A stretch of 64,000 bases of DNA from an uncultured Gemmatimonadales bacterium. Its GTDB lineage: Bacteria; Gemmatimonadota; Gemmatimonadetes; Gemmatimonadales; Gemmatimonadaceae. The notes beneath the pieces were generated by a model. The model was given only the letters and a program-made list of their open reading frames with translations. It searched no databases and was not told the origin of the DNA. Where the stretch lies: NCBI GenBank assembly GCA_963851265.1, contig CAWKNZ010000002.1, forward strand, positions 1,504,001-1,568,000, in the 5' to 3' direction. The first letter of the stretch is position 1. Every line of letters begins with the position of its first letter. Made by a program: the position numbers and the translations under genes. Positions 31,083-40,651 of this stretch are shown one piece after another.

Positions 31083-32527
31083 GCGTCCACCGACGCGCGC
31101 GTGCGCGCGGCCGCACCAGCGCGGTCGTCCGACGCCGCCGAGAGCGCGTCGAGCAGCTCGGGACCGGTGCGCGTGACGTCACCCGCGCCGATCGTGAGCA
31201 CGACGTCGCCCGGGCGCACGCGGTCGGCCAGCGCACGCGCGAGCGCGTCGCGCGGCCCGCGCCACGCGGCTGGCGCGCCCGCCGCGCGCATCGCATCGCT
31301 GACCAGGTCCGCGGTCACGCCCGCGATGGGCTGCTCGCGCGCGGGGTACAGATCGGCGACGAGCGCGACGTCCGCCCCGGCGAGGGCCCGGGCGAAGTCG
31401 GGGGCGAAATCGCGCGTGCGCGTGTACAGGTGCGGCTGGAAGGCCGCCACGATCCGTCGACCCGGGTACGCGGCGCGGGCCGCGGCAAGCGTCGCGTCGA
31501 GCTCCGTCGGGTGGTGCGCGTAGTCGTCGATCACGAGCACGCCGGCGGCGTCGCCGAGGCGCTGGAACCGCCGCTCGACCCCGCCGAAGCCCTCGAGCCC
31601 GGGCCGGAGCGCCGCGAACGGCGCGCCGAGCAGCAGCCCGACCGCGACCGCCGCGAGCGCGTTCCGGACGTTGTGCAGTCCGGGAACGGCGAGCGCGAGC
31701 GTGCCTAACGTACGCCCGTCCCACACGACCTCGCACGCCGACCCGCCGGCGGCCGTCGGACGCACGTCGCGCGCGACGAGGCGCGCGTCGGAGTGCGCGT
31801 CCGCCCCGGCCGCGGCCGCGCTGTAGCGCACCACCTCCGAGTCGGCACGCGTCGGCAGCGTCGTCGCGCCCGCGTCGTCGGCGCACAGTACGACCAGCCG
31901 CGCGCGGCCGACGAACTCCGCGAACGCGGCACGGATCGCGGCCAGGTCGGCGTAGATGTCGAGGTGGTCGGCTTCGACGTTCGTGACGACCGCCACGCCA
32001 GGCGCCAGCGCGAGGAACGACCGGTCGTACTCGTCCGCCTCGACGACGAAGCGCTCGTGCCCCCCGAGGCGCAGGTTGCCGCCCCACGCGCCCACGCGCC
32101 CGCCCACGACCCCGGTCGGGTCCAGACCGGCTGCCGCGAGTGCTTCGGTGGTCATCACGGTCGTCGTCGTCTTGCCGTGTGTCCCCGCGATGCCGATGGT
32201 GAGCCCGCCCGCGACCGCCTCGGCCAGCGCCTCGGCACGACGGATCACCGGGATGCCCGCGTCGCGGGCCGCCGCGAGCTCGGGGTGCGCGCGCGGGACT
32301 GCGGAGGTGACCACGACGGCCCGGGCGCCCGCGACGTGCGCCGGATCGTGTCCGGCCGCGACCGCGACGCCGAGCGCGCGCAGGTCGCCCGCGGCTTCGG
32401 GGTGGGCGTCACAGCCCGTGACCGTGGCGCCCCGCCGCACGAACAGCTCGGCGAGGGCGCTCATGCCCGCGCCGGCGATGCCGACGAAGTGCACCGGGCG
32501 GGGATCGGTCGTGAGGAGCAGCGGCAT
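31079..32527 (-). CDS. murC: UDP-N-acetylmuramate--L-alanine ligase
   Basis: HFVGIAGAGMS, GTHGKTTTT, EADEYD, DDYAHHPTE and FQPHLYTRT motifs. Confidence 0.96.
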   Translation of the reverse strand: MPLLLTTDPRPVHFVGIAGAGMSALAELFVRRGATVTGCDAHPEAAGDLRALGVAVAAGHDPAHVAGARAVVVTSAVPRAHPELAAARDAGIPVIRRAEALAEAVAGGLTIGIAGTHGKTTTTVMTTEALAAAGLDPTGVVGGRVGAWGGNLRLGGHERFVVEADEYDRSFLALAPGVAVVTNVEADHLDIYADLAAIRAAFAEFVGRARLVVLCADDAGATTLPTRADSEVVRYSAAAAGADAHSDARLVARDVRPTAAGGSACEVVWDGRTLGTLALAVPGLHNVRNALAAVAVGLLLGAPFAALRPGLEGFGGVERRFQRLGDAAGVLVIDDYAHHPTELDATLAAARAAYPGRRIVAAFQPHLYTRTRDFAPDFARALAGADVALVADLYPAREQPIAGVTADLVSDAMRAAGAPAAWRGPRDALARALADRVRPGDVVLTIGAGDVTRTGPELLDALSAASDDRAGAAARTRASVDA

Positions 32528-32537
32528 CGGGCGGCGC

Positions 32538-32566
32538 AATATGCAGGCACCCCCGGAACCCCTCAA
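32538..32566 (-). promoter_or_regulatory. Internal dcw promoter candidate directly upstream of murC
   Basis: TTGAGG, 17-nt spacer, CATATT, then 10 nt to the ATG; no Shine-Dalgarno. Confidence 0.45.
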
Positions 32567-32619
32567 GACGCGCGCGACCCGCCGGATCGCAAGTCCACCC
32601 GCAGCCCGCCCGGTGTCCG

Positions 32620-33765
32620 TTACGTGCGCGACCGATCCGCCGAGGCGCGCACCACGTCGACCACGCGGCGAGCAATCCGGGCCGCCGCGTCGGGCCGTCC
32701 GCGGGCCGACGCGGCAACCCGCATCGCGGCGGAACGCGCGACGTCACCCCGAAGCGACGCGATGCATTCGGCAAGCCGCGGCGCGCTCAACTCGCGCTGC
32801 GGCAGCTGGACCGCCGCACCCGCGTCCGCCAGCGTTCGCGCGTTGCGCGTCTGATGGTCCGCAGCGGCGGTCGGCAGCGGCACGAGCACGCTCGGCAAGC
32901 CCCACGCGCACAGTTCAGCGATCGTCATCGCGCCGGCTCGCGTGACGGCGAGATCGGCAGCCTCATACGCGCGAGCCATCGGCGCGAGGTACGGGAGCGC
33001 GCGTACCCGCCCACCGTGCGCTCCGTCGAGCGCGGCGTACGGCTCGAACTGCGTCCGTCCGGTAGCCCAGATCAGCGCCACACCGTCGGGCAGGCCGCCG
33101 CGCACCCACGCCGCGATCGCCTCGTTGACCGCGCGTGCACCCTGACTGCCGCCGAACGCGAGCACGACGTACGCGTCGGACGCGAACCCCCACGCGCGCC
33201 TCGCGTCCGCTGGCGCCGCGCGCCGCACGGGCGGGGGTTCGATGGGATTGCCGAACGCGTGCACGTGCGTACCCCGCCCCGGGGTCAGGCGCGCCGCGGC
33301 CTCCGGGAAGCCGAGGAACACCTCGGCGGCGCGCCGCGCGACAATGCGCGTGGTCGCGCCGGGGAAGCTATCGGCCTCCTGCAGCATTGCTGGCACACCG
33401 TGCACCACGGCATACGCGAGCGCCGCGCCCGCGGCGTACCCGCCCGTTCCGAGCACCGCGCGCGGCCGCTCCCGCGCGAACAGCACGCCCAACGCACGCC
33501 ACGCCGCCAGGCCGCCGGCGGCCGTCCGCCAGTTCTCCCACGGACGCTGCCGGTAGAGCGGGTGGAGGTCGAGCAGCAGATGCCGGAACTCCGTGGTCGG
33601 CAGCACGTCTCGCTCGATCCCGCGCCGCGCGCCCACGAACACGGGCTCGATGTCGCGGTCGAGCGCGACCACCGCGCGCGCGACGGCGAGCCCGGGGTAC
33701 AGGTGCCCGCCCGTGCCGCCGCCGGTCACGACGAGGCGGACCGGACCGGCGCCCGCGCCTAACAT
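32620..33765 (-). CDS. murG: Undecaprenyldiphospho-muramoylpentapeptide beta-N-acetylglucosaminyltransferase
   Basis: GGGTGGHLYP, GTGGY, GNP, GGSQGA, RAGA and DHQTRNA motifs. Confidence 0.96.
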   Translation of the reverse strand: MLGAGAGPVRLVVTGGGTGGHLYPGLAVARAVVALDRDIEPVFVGARRGIERDVLPTTEFRHLLLDLHPLYRQRPWENWRTAAGGLAAWRALGVLFARERPRAVLGTGGYAAGAALAYAVVHGVPAMLQEADSFPGATTRIVARRAAEVFLGFPEAAARLTPGRGTHVHAFGNPIEPPPVRRAAPADARRAWGFASDAYVVLAFGGSQGARAVNEAIAAWVRGGLPDGVALIWATGRTQFEPYAALDGAHGGRVRALPYLAPMARAYEAADLAVTRAGAMTIAELCAWGLPSVLVPLPTAAADHQTRNARTLADAGAAVQLPQRELSAPRLAECIASLRGDVARSAAMRVAASARGRPDAAARIARRVVDVVRASADRSRT

Positions 33766-33781
33766 CCGGCCGCCGCGGTGC

Positions 33782-35068
33782 TCACGCCGCGGGCGTCGGC
33801 CTGGCGAGCGGGTTCGTCGCGCCCTCGCCGACCACGCGCTGCCGCTCGCTCCCGATGTTGACGAGGATCGCGGTCATCAACATCGACAGGATCAGGTTGG
33901 ACCGGCCGTACGAGATGAAGGGCAGCGTCAGCCCCGTCGTCGGCAGCAGTCCGATCACCACGCCGATGTGCAGATACGCCGTGAGCGACGTCATCGTCGT
34001 GAGTCCGACGGCGACGAGCTGCTGGAACCGCGTCGTCGCCTGCCGCGCGATGCGGAACCCGAGCCACGTGTACGCCGAGTACGCGAGCGTCAGGACGACC
34101 AGTCCGACGAACCCCCACTCCTCGCCGACGTTGCTGCCGACGAAGTCCGAGTATGGGAACGGGAGGAACCCGTACTGCTGCCGCCCCTGGGCGTACCCGA
34201 CGCCGAACAGCCCGCCCGACCCGACGGCGAGCAGCGACTGCTTGAGCTGGTAGTTCACCTCCGCACGCGCGTCCCCCGTGCCGAGGAACGCGAAGATCCG
34301 CAGCATCACGTACTGCAGCTTCTCGACCTCGCGCCAGAGGACGGGGACGCTGAGCACGCCGAGCGCGATGAAATGCCCGATGCGCACCCCGCCCGCGAAT
34401 AGGATGATGGCCATGATGAGCACGAACGTCATCGCGATCGACAGGTCCGGTTCGAGCGCGCCCATGACCGCGAGCCCGCCGACGACGACGAGGAACGGGA
34501 ACAGGCCCTTCGTGAGCCGGCGAAGCTGCCCGGTCTCGAGCTTCTTGACGAGCAGCATCGCCGTCCACACGATCACGGCGAGCTTCGCGAACTCCGACGG
34601 CTGAATCGATCCCCCGAGCAGGAACCGGCGCGACCCGTGGATCGGCGGTGCGATGCGGCGCGTGAACGGCAGCACCGTCAGCATCATCGTGACGTACGCC
34701 GCGCCCATGAGCGGCCACGCCCAACGCTTCCAGCGCTCGGCGTCGGTCTTCGCGATGACGGCGAACACCACGGCGCCCGCCGCGATCCCCTGCAGCTGAC
34801 GCCACAGGTAGTGCGCACTCGGCCGTCCCTCCTGCATTGCGACGATCGCACTCGCGCTGTACAGCACGACGAGGCCGAACGCGAGCAGCGTCGCCGTCAC
34901 GAGGACGAGCGCGCGCGCCTCGACGCCCATCTTCCAGCGCTCGCGTACGTCCGCCCGCGGCGCCGGGCGCGCCTCCGCGGCCCCGGGCGTCTCGTCGGCA
35001 CGCTGCGTCGAGCGTCGGTCGTACGCGCCGCTGGTGGCGGGCGCGAGCGGGGTGGCAATGGCGGGCAT
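33782..35068 (-). CDS. ftsW: Peptidoglycan glycosyltransferase FtsW (SEDS family)
   Basis: IQPSEFAK, EPDL, YQLKQSL, LPFPYSDF, GEEWGF and PTTGLTLPFISYG; about 10 TMs. Confidence 0.93.
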   Translation of the reverse strand: MPAIATPLAPATSGAYDRRSTQRADETPGAAEARPAPRADVRERWKMGVEARALVLVTATLLAFGLVVLYSASAIVAMQEGRPSAHYLWRQLQGIAAGAVVFAVIAKTDAERWKRWAWPLMGAAYVTMMLTVLPFTRRIAPPIHGSRRFLLGGSIQPSEFAKLAVIVWTAMLLVKKLETGQLRRLTKGLFPFLVVVGGLAVMGALEPDLSIAMTFVLIMAIILFAGGVRIGHFIALGVLSVPVLWREVEKLQYVMLRIFAFLGTGDARAEVNYQLKQSLLAVGSGGLFGVGYAQGRQQYGFLPFPYSDFVGSNVGEEWGFVGLVVLTLAYSAYTWLGFRIARQATTRFQQLVAVGLTTMTSLTAYLHIGVVIGLLPTTGLTLPFISYGRSNLILSMLMTAILVNIGSERQRVVGEGATNPLARPTPAA

Positions 35069-35106
35069 CGGAGGGCGGGGTGCGGCGGGGACGGGCGTGC
35101 GGCGGG

Positions 35107-36510
35107 TCAGACCGGCGAGGCGGCGAGCGCGCGGAACGCCGCGCCGCGCGCCTCGTAGTTCGCGAACATGTCGAAGCTGGAACAGGCCGGCGAGAGGAGT
35201 ACGGCGTCGCCGGGCGCCGCGAGTGCGCGCGCACGCGCACACACGGCCTCGAAGTCGTCTCCGTGCAGCTCGACGGGCGCGACGTCGGCGAGGTCGCGCG
35301 CGACGATCGGCGCGGCCTCGCCGTACGCGAGGATCGCGCGCCCGTGGCGCGCGAACGGCTCGGCGAGCGCGGTGTACGGCTCGCCCTTGTGCCGACCACC
35401 CAGGAGCAGCACGTACGGCTGCCGCATCCCCTCGAGCGCGACACGAGTCGAACTCACGTTCGTCGCCTTGGAATCGTTGATCCACGTCACGCCTCCGAAC
35501 GTCCCGACGACCTCCATCCGGTTCGGAAGTGCGCGGAACGTTCGCACGGCGGCCGCGATGCGCGCCCGCGCCTCCGGCGTGCGGTGCGCGAGGTCGGCCA
35601 CACTCACCGCGAGCGCAGCGGCCAGCGCGTTCGCGACGTTGTGATCACCCAGCAGCGCGAACTCGTCGCGGCCGAGCAGCGGCTCACCATCGAGAGAGAG
35701 GACGCCGCGGCCCCGGTCGTAATACGCGGCGGACGACGCGTCCCGCAGCGAGAACCTGAACGTCTCGCCCGCGAAGCCCTCGCCCCGCGGAAACATCCGG
35801 AGGTGCAGTCGCGACACCTCGGCGTCGTCCGCGTTCTCGACCCAGCGCGACTCCGGAGAGGCGTTGGCGTAGATCCGCGCCTTGTCGCCGTAGTATTCGT
35901 CGACCGATGCGTACCGGTCGAGATGGTCCGGCGCGAGGTTGGTCACGACGCCAACCGTCGGCCGTATCCTCGGCGTGTCATGCAGTTGGAAGGACGACAA
36001 CTCGAGCGCGGCCCACGCTGGGGGAACGGCGCGGAGCGCGAGCTCCGCGAGCGGCGTCCCGATGTTCCCGGCGTCGACGGCGTCCAAACCCAACGCCCGG
36101 AGGATGTGGCCGGCGAGCGCGGTCGTGGTGGTCTTGCCGTTGGTCCCGGTGACCGCGATGTAGCGGAGGCCGGGCAGATAGTACAGCGCGACCTCGATCT
36201 CGCCCACGATGGGGACGCCCGCGCCCCGCGCCGCGGCGAGCGCCGCCGCGTCGGGCGGCACGCCGGGACTCGCGACCACGAACGCCGCGCGCGAGATGCG
36301 GGTGAGATCGTGCCCGCCGGTCTGCACGTCGACGCCGAGTGTGCGGAGCGCGTCGGCGGCGACGCGCGTACGCTCGCCCGCGCCGGCGTCGGAGGCGTAT
36401 ACGCGATGGCCGTCGCGCGCGAGTAGTTCGGCGGCGGCGCGCCCGCTCTTCCCGAGACCGATGACTGCGATTTCGCCCGGCGCTCGACCGCGAAACACGA
36501 GACCGTTCAT
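35107..36510 (-). CDS. murD: UDP-N-acetylmuramoyl-L-alanine--D-glutamate ligase
   Basis: GLGKSG, TGTNGKTTT, GNIG, ELSSFQL, NDSKATN and LSPACSSFD motifs. Confidence 0.96.
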   Translation of the reverse strand: MNGLVFRGRAPGEIAVIGLGKSGRAAAELLARDGHRVYASDAGAGERTRVAADALRTLGVDVQTGGHDLTRISRAAFVVASPGVPPDAAALAAARGAGVPIVGEIEVALYYLPGLRYIAVTGTNGKTTTTALAGHILRALGLDAVDAGNIGTPLAELALRAVPPAWAALELSSFQLHDTPRIRPTVGVVTNLAPDHLDRYASVDEYYGDKARIYANASPESRWVENADDAEVSRLHLRMFPRGEGFAGETFRFSLRDASSAAYYDRGRGVLSLDGEPLLGRDEFALLGDHNVANALAAALAVSVADLAHRTPEARARIAAAVRTFRALPNRMEVVGTFGGVTWINDSKATNVSSTRVALEGMRQPYVLLLGGRHKGEPYTALAEPFARHGRAILAYGEAAPIVARDLADVAPVELHGDDFEAVCARARALAAPGDAVLLSPACSSFDMFANYEARGAAFRALAASPV

Positions 36511-36529
36511 GCGCGACGCCGCAGCCGCG

Positions 36530-37681
36530 TCAGCGGAGCTTGAGCGTGCTGAGCGCGAGGATCGCGCACAGGATGCCGATGATCCAGAACCGCACGACGA
36601 CCTGCGTCTCGGGCCACCCCTTCAGTTCGAAGTGGTGGTGCAGCGGCGCACGCAGAAAAACGCGGTGCGTCTTGGCGTACTCCAGCCCTTGCTTCCGCTT
36701 GCGGTACTTGAAGACGAACCGCTGGATGATGACGCTCACCATCTCGCCGACGAACACGCCGCCGATCATCAGCAGCAGGAACTCGCTCTTCAACAGAATC
36801 GAGACCGCGCCGAGCGCGCCGCCGAGCGCGAGCGACCCGGTGTCGCCCATGAAGACCTGCGCGGGAAACGTGTTGAACCAGAGGAAGCCGATGCACGCGC
36901 CGAGGATCGCCGCGCAGAACACCGTCAGCTCCCCCGCCCCGCGTACGTAGAAGATGAGCAGGTGCGCGCTCGTGTCGATGCGGCCGAACAGGTATGCGAA
37001 GATGCCCAACGTGCCGGCGGCGATCGCGACGAGACCCGTGGCGAGGCCGTCGAGTCCGTCGGTGATGTTGACCGCGTTGCTCGCGCCGGTCAGCACGAAC
37101 GTCACCCACGGCACGTATAGCCACGCGAGCGCGGCCGTGGCCGGCGCGATCAGCACGTACTTGAAGAACGGCAGCGTCGTCGACGCTCCCGGGAGCGTCG
37201 ACAGCGGGACGAGCCACAGATACAGCGCGAGCGCGACTCCGGCGCTCACCTGCCCGGCGAGCTTGTAGCGCTCGACCAGCCCTTCGTTCTTCAGCCCGAG
37301 CCGCTTCTGTCGCAGCTTGAGGTAGTCGTCGAGGAACCCGATGCCGCCCATCCAGGCGGTCACGAGCGTAACGATGACCATGTACGCGCCGCCCCGGGAG
37401 TTGAACCGGCCCCACAGCATGACGGGCACGAGCGTCGCCGCGAGGATGATCAGGCCCCCCATCGTCGGCGTCGAGCCCTTGCCGGCGTGCGTCACCGGCG
37501 TGCCTTCCCGGACCACCTGGTTCACCGACAGATCGTGCAGGCGCCGGATGATGATCGGGCCGACGACGAACGCCACGAGCAGCGCGGTGACGAACGCACC
37601 CGCCGCCCGGAACGTGATGTAATTGAGCAGGTTGAACACCGTCGCGACGCGCGCGAGCGGCTGGAGCAGGTAGTAGAGCAC
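36530..37681 (-). CDS. mraY: Phospho-N-acetylmuramoyl-pentapeptide transferase
   Basis: TPTMGG, DDYLK, NAVNITDGLDGLA, FMGDTGS and APLHHHFE motifs. Confidence 0.97.
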   Translation of the reverse strand: MLYYLLQPLARVATVFNLLNYITFRAAGAFVTALLVAFVVGPIIIRRLHDLSVNQVVREGTPVTHAGKGSTPTMGGLIILAATLVPVMLWGRFNSRGGAYMVIVTLVTAWMGGIGFLDDYLKLRQKRLGLKNEGLVERYKLAGQVSAGVALALYLWLVPLSTLPGASTTLPFFKYVLIAPATAALAWLYVPWVTFVLTGASNAVNITDGLDGLATGLVAIAAGTLGIFAYLFGRIDTSAHLLIFYVRGAGELTVFCAAILGACIGFLWFNTFPAQVFMGDTGSLALGGALGAVSILLKSEFLLLMIGGVFVGEMVSVIIQRFVFKYRKRKQGLEYAKTHRVFLRAPLHHHFELKGWPETQVVVRFWIIGILCAILALSTLKLR

Positions 37682-37709
37682 GGCGTCGAGCGGTCGGTCG
37701 TGGGGCGCG

Positions 37710-39134
37710 TCAGGCGCGCGTCGCGCCGGCGGTCGCCCACGCTTCGAGAAAGGGAACGAGCTGCTCGAGCCGCACGCCGCGCGAGCCCTTGAGAAGGATC
37801 ACCGCGTCGGCCGCAAGTCGCGATTCGAGCTGCGGCCAGAGCGCGACCGGATCGGCCGCGGCGATCACGCGCGTGTCGTCGGGAGCCACGCGCGCGAGCG
37901 CGTCCGCGAACTCGCCGACCCCGGCCACCACGTCGACCTCGCGCGCGAGCGCGTAACGCGCGATCTCGTCGTGGAGCGCGACGCCGGACGCGCCGAGTTC
38001 GCGCATCGTGCCGAGCACCGCGACGCGCTGCCTCGGGGTCGCGCCGGCACGCCCCGCCGACGCGAGCAGGTCGAGCGCGGCGCGCGTCGACGGCGGGTTC
38101 GCGTTGTACGCGTCGTTGATCAGCGTCGCCTCGCCGAGCGCCGTCCACGCCGTCCGCATGCTCGGCACCGGCATGGTCGCGAGCCCGCGTGCGGCGTCCG
38201 GGAGCGGCACTTCGAGCGCGCGCGCCGCCGCGACGGCCAACATCGTGTTCCGCAGGTTGTGCGCGCCCCGCAGCGGCGAGCGCAGCTCGACGCCGTCGAC
38301 GACGATCGCGCCCGTCCCGTCATCCGCGAGCGACCACGCGTCGGCGCGAACGTCGCCCGCGTCGAGCCCCGCGGTGATCACGTCGCGCGCGCGCCCGCGG
38401 GCGGCGTGCGCGATCTCGGGCTGGTTCGCCGGGACGATCGCGAGCCGCGCCCCGTCGAACGCGTCGCTCTCCTCGCGGAGCACACCGGCGAGATCGCCCA
38501 GACCTTCGAGGTGCTCCTCGCCAATCGAGGTCATCACGACGACGTCGGGCTCGGCGATCGCGCGCAGCGCGGCGATCTCGCCCGGGGCGTTGGTCCCGAG
38601 TTCGACGACGGCCACGTCGGCGGTGTCGGGAAGCGCGAGGAGCGTGAGCGGCACGCCGACGAGGTTGTTCAGGTTACCCGCCGTCGCGTGCACCGCCCGC
38701 GCGGCGCCCAACGCGGCGCGCAGCAACTCCTTCGTGCTGGTCTTGCCGTTCGAACCCGCGACCCCGACCACGACGCGGCCGGGCCGCGCCCAGGCGCGGC
38801 GGCGGTACCGGGCGAGCGCGCCTAACGCCTCGCGCGTGTCGCGCACGGGGTACACGGGAACCGGCAGCGCAGCCGCGCGCGCGGCGTCGTGCACGACGAG
38901 CGCGCGCGCTCCGCGTGCCACGGCGTCGGCGAGCAAGTCGTGCGCGTCGTAGCGCTCGCCCACGAGCGCGACGAACAGATCGCCGTCCGCGACGGCGCGG
39001 GTGTCGGTCGCGACCGCGCGCAGGGTGCCGTCGCCGCGGGGCGGCGACGCCGTCGCGACGTCGGCGAGCGCCTCGCCAGCGCGGTCCAGCGTCCAGAACG
39101 CGAACGCCTCCGGCGGCGCCGATCCCCCGCTCAC
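37710..39134 (-). CDS. murF: UDP-N-acetylmuramoyl-tripeptide--D-alanyl-D-alanine ligase
   Basis: GSNGKTSTKE, NLNNLVGVPLTL, NDAYNANP, GTMRELG and KGSRG motifs. Confidence 0.95.
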   Translation of the reverse strand: MSGGSAPPEAFAFWTLDRAGEALADVATASPPRGDGTLRAVATDTRAVADGDLFVALVGERYDAHDLLADAVARGARALVVHDAARAAALPVPVYPVRDTREALGALARYRRRAWARPGRVVVGVAGSNGKTSTKELLRAALGAARAVHATAGNLNNLVGVPLTLLALPDTADVAVVELGTNAPGEIAALRAIAEPDVVVMTSIGEEHLEGLGDLAGVLREESDAFDGARLAIVPANQPEIAHAARGRARDVITAGLDAGDVRADAWSLADDGTGAIVVDGVELRSPLRGAHNLRNTMLAVAAARALEVPLPDAARGLATMPVPSMRTAWTALGEATLINDAYNANPPSTRAALDLLASAGRAGATPRQRVAVLGTMRELGASGVALHDEIARYALAREVDVVAGVGEFADALARVAPDDTRVIAAADPVALWPQLESRLAADAVILLKGSRGVRLEQLVPFLEAWATAGATRA

Positions 39135-40651
39135 GCAGGCACCGCCGAGAGTTCGCGAACGATCGCGGCCTCGTCGAACGGCAGCGACGTCGTACCGCGA
39201 ATCTGGTAGGTCTCGTGTCCCTTGCCCGCGAGGAGGACGACGTCATCGGGCGCCGCGATCGCGAGCGCGCGCGCGATCGCGGCGCGTCGGTCCTCGATGC
39301 GCTCGTGCGGGCGCGCGAGCCCCGCCGCCACGTCGTCGAGAATCCGCTCCGGGTCCTCGGTGCGCGGGTTGTCGCTGGTGATCACGACCACGTCGGCCCC
39401 GGCCTCGGCGGCGCGCGCCATCTCCGGCCGCTTGCCGCGGTCGCGGTCGCCGCCGGCCCCGAACACGACGATCACGCGGCCGCGCGCGAACGGCCGAACT
39501 GCCGCGAGCGCACGTGCGAGCGAATCGGGCGTGTGCGCGTAGTCCCGCAACACGACCGGCCGCGCGCGCAACAACTCGAGCCGCCCCGGCACCTGCGGCA
39601 GCGTCGTGAGCCGCTCCGCGCACGCAGCCGGGTCCATGCCTAACGTCCACGCCGCCGCCGCCGCGCCGAGCGCGTTCGCGACGTTGTAGTCGCCGACGAG
39701 CGGCACGCACGCCGCGTGCGACGCGCCGGCGGCGCGCAGCGCGAAGCGCGTCGCCGCGCCGTCCGCACGCACCGAAACCGCCGCGACGTCGAGTCCGCGT
39801 GCGGCCGCGCCCGCATCGTCTGCCGCGACGCCCCAGCGCACGAGGAGCGGCGCCGCGGGCAGGGCCGTCCACGCGGGGTCGTCAGCGTTCACCACCGCGG
39901 CGCCACCGGGTGCGATCGCGCCGATCAGGCGCGCCTTCGCGGCGAAGTACGCCTCCATCGAGCCATGGTAGTCGAGGTGGTCACGCGTGAAGTTCGTGAA
40001 CACCGCCGCCGCGAACTGCACCCCGTCCACGCGCCGCTGCTCGAGCGCGTGCGACGAGACCTCCATCGCCACCGCGCGCACGCCCGCGTCGGCCAGCGCG
40101 CGGAGCACCCGCTGCAGCTCGACGGGTCCAGGAGTCGTGAGGCCGGCCCCCCCGCCCAACGCGTCGCCCACCGAGCCGACCAGGACACCGAGGGTGCCGA
40201 CGGACGCCGCGCGCGCGCCCGGCGCGTCCAGCAGATGGCGGAGCATCGCGACCGTGGTCGTCTTCCCGTTGGTCCCGGTCACGCCCACGAGCGTGAGACG
40301 AGACGCGGGTTCGCCGTAGAACGCGGCGGCCGCGATCGCGGCCGCGCGTCGTCCGTCACGCACGACGAGCGTGGGGAGCGTCGTCGCGTCCTCACGCTCG
40401 ACGAGTGCGAGCGCCGCGCCGCCCGCCGCGGCCGACGCGAGGTGGCGGTGGCCGTCGTCCTGCGCCCCCTGGACGGCGATGAACAGGCCACCCGAGATCA
40501 CGCGACGGCTGTCGTCGGCGATCCCGGTAACCACGTCCGGCACCGCGCCCGTCGTCCCCACCAGCACACCGGCGCGCGCGAGCGCGTCCGCGATCACGGC
40601 CGTCCCGACCGGCACGGGCGCGCCGTGACCTTCCACCACGGCTTCGGACAT
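39131..40651 (-). CDS. murE: UDP-N-acetylmuramoyl-L-alanyl-D-glutamate--2,6-diaminopimelate ligase
   Basis: TGTNGKTT, MEVSSHAL, RDHLDYH, DYAHTPD, DNPR (mDAP-specific) and GKGHETYQ; ATG at 40651. Confidence 0.95.
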   Translation of the reverse strand: MSEAVVEGHGAPVPVGTAVIADALARAGVLVGTTGAVPDVVTGIADDSRRVISGGLFIAVQGAQDDGHRHLASAAAGGAALALVEREDATTLPTLVVRDGRRAAAIAAAAFYGEPASRLTLVGVTGTNGKTTTVAMLRHLLDAPGARAASVGTLGVLVGSVGDALGGGAGLTTPGPVELQRVLRALADAGVRAVAMEVSSHALEQRRVDGVQFAAAVFTNFTRDHLDYHGSMEAYFAAKARLIGAIAPGGAAVVNADDPAWTALPAAPLLVRWGVAADDAGAAARGLDVAAVSVRADGAATRFALRAAGASHAACVPLVGDYNVANALGAAAAAWTLGMDPAACAERLTTLPQVPGRLELLRARPVVLRDYAHTPDSLARALAAVRPFARGRVIVVFGAGGDRDRGKRPEMARAAEAGADVVVITSDNPRTEDPERILDDVAAGLARPHERIEDRRAAIARALAIAAPDDVVLLAGKGHETYQIRGTTSLPFDEAAIVRELSAVPA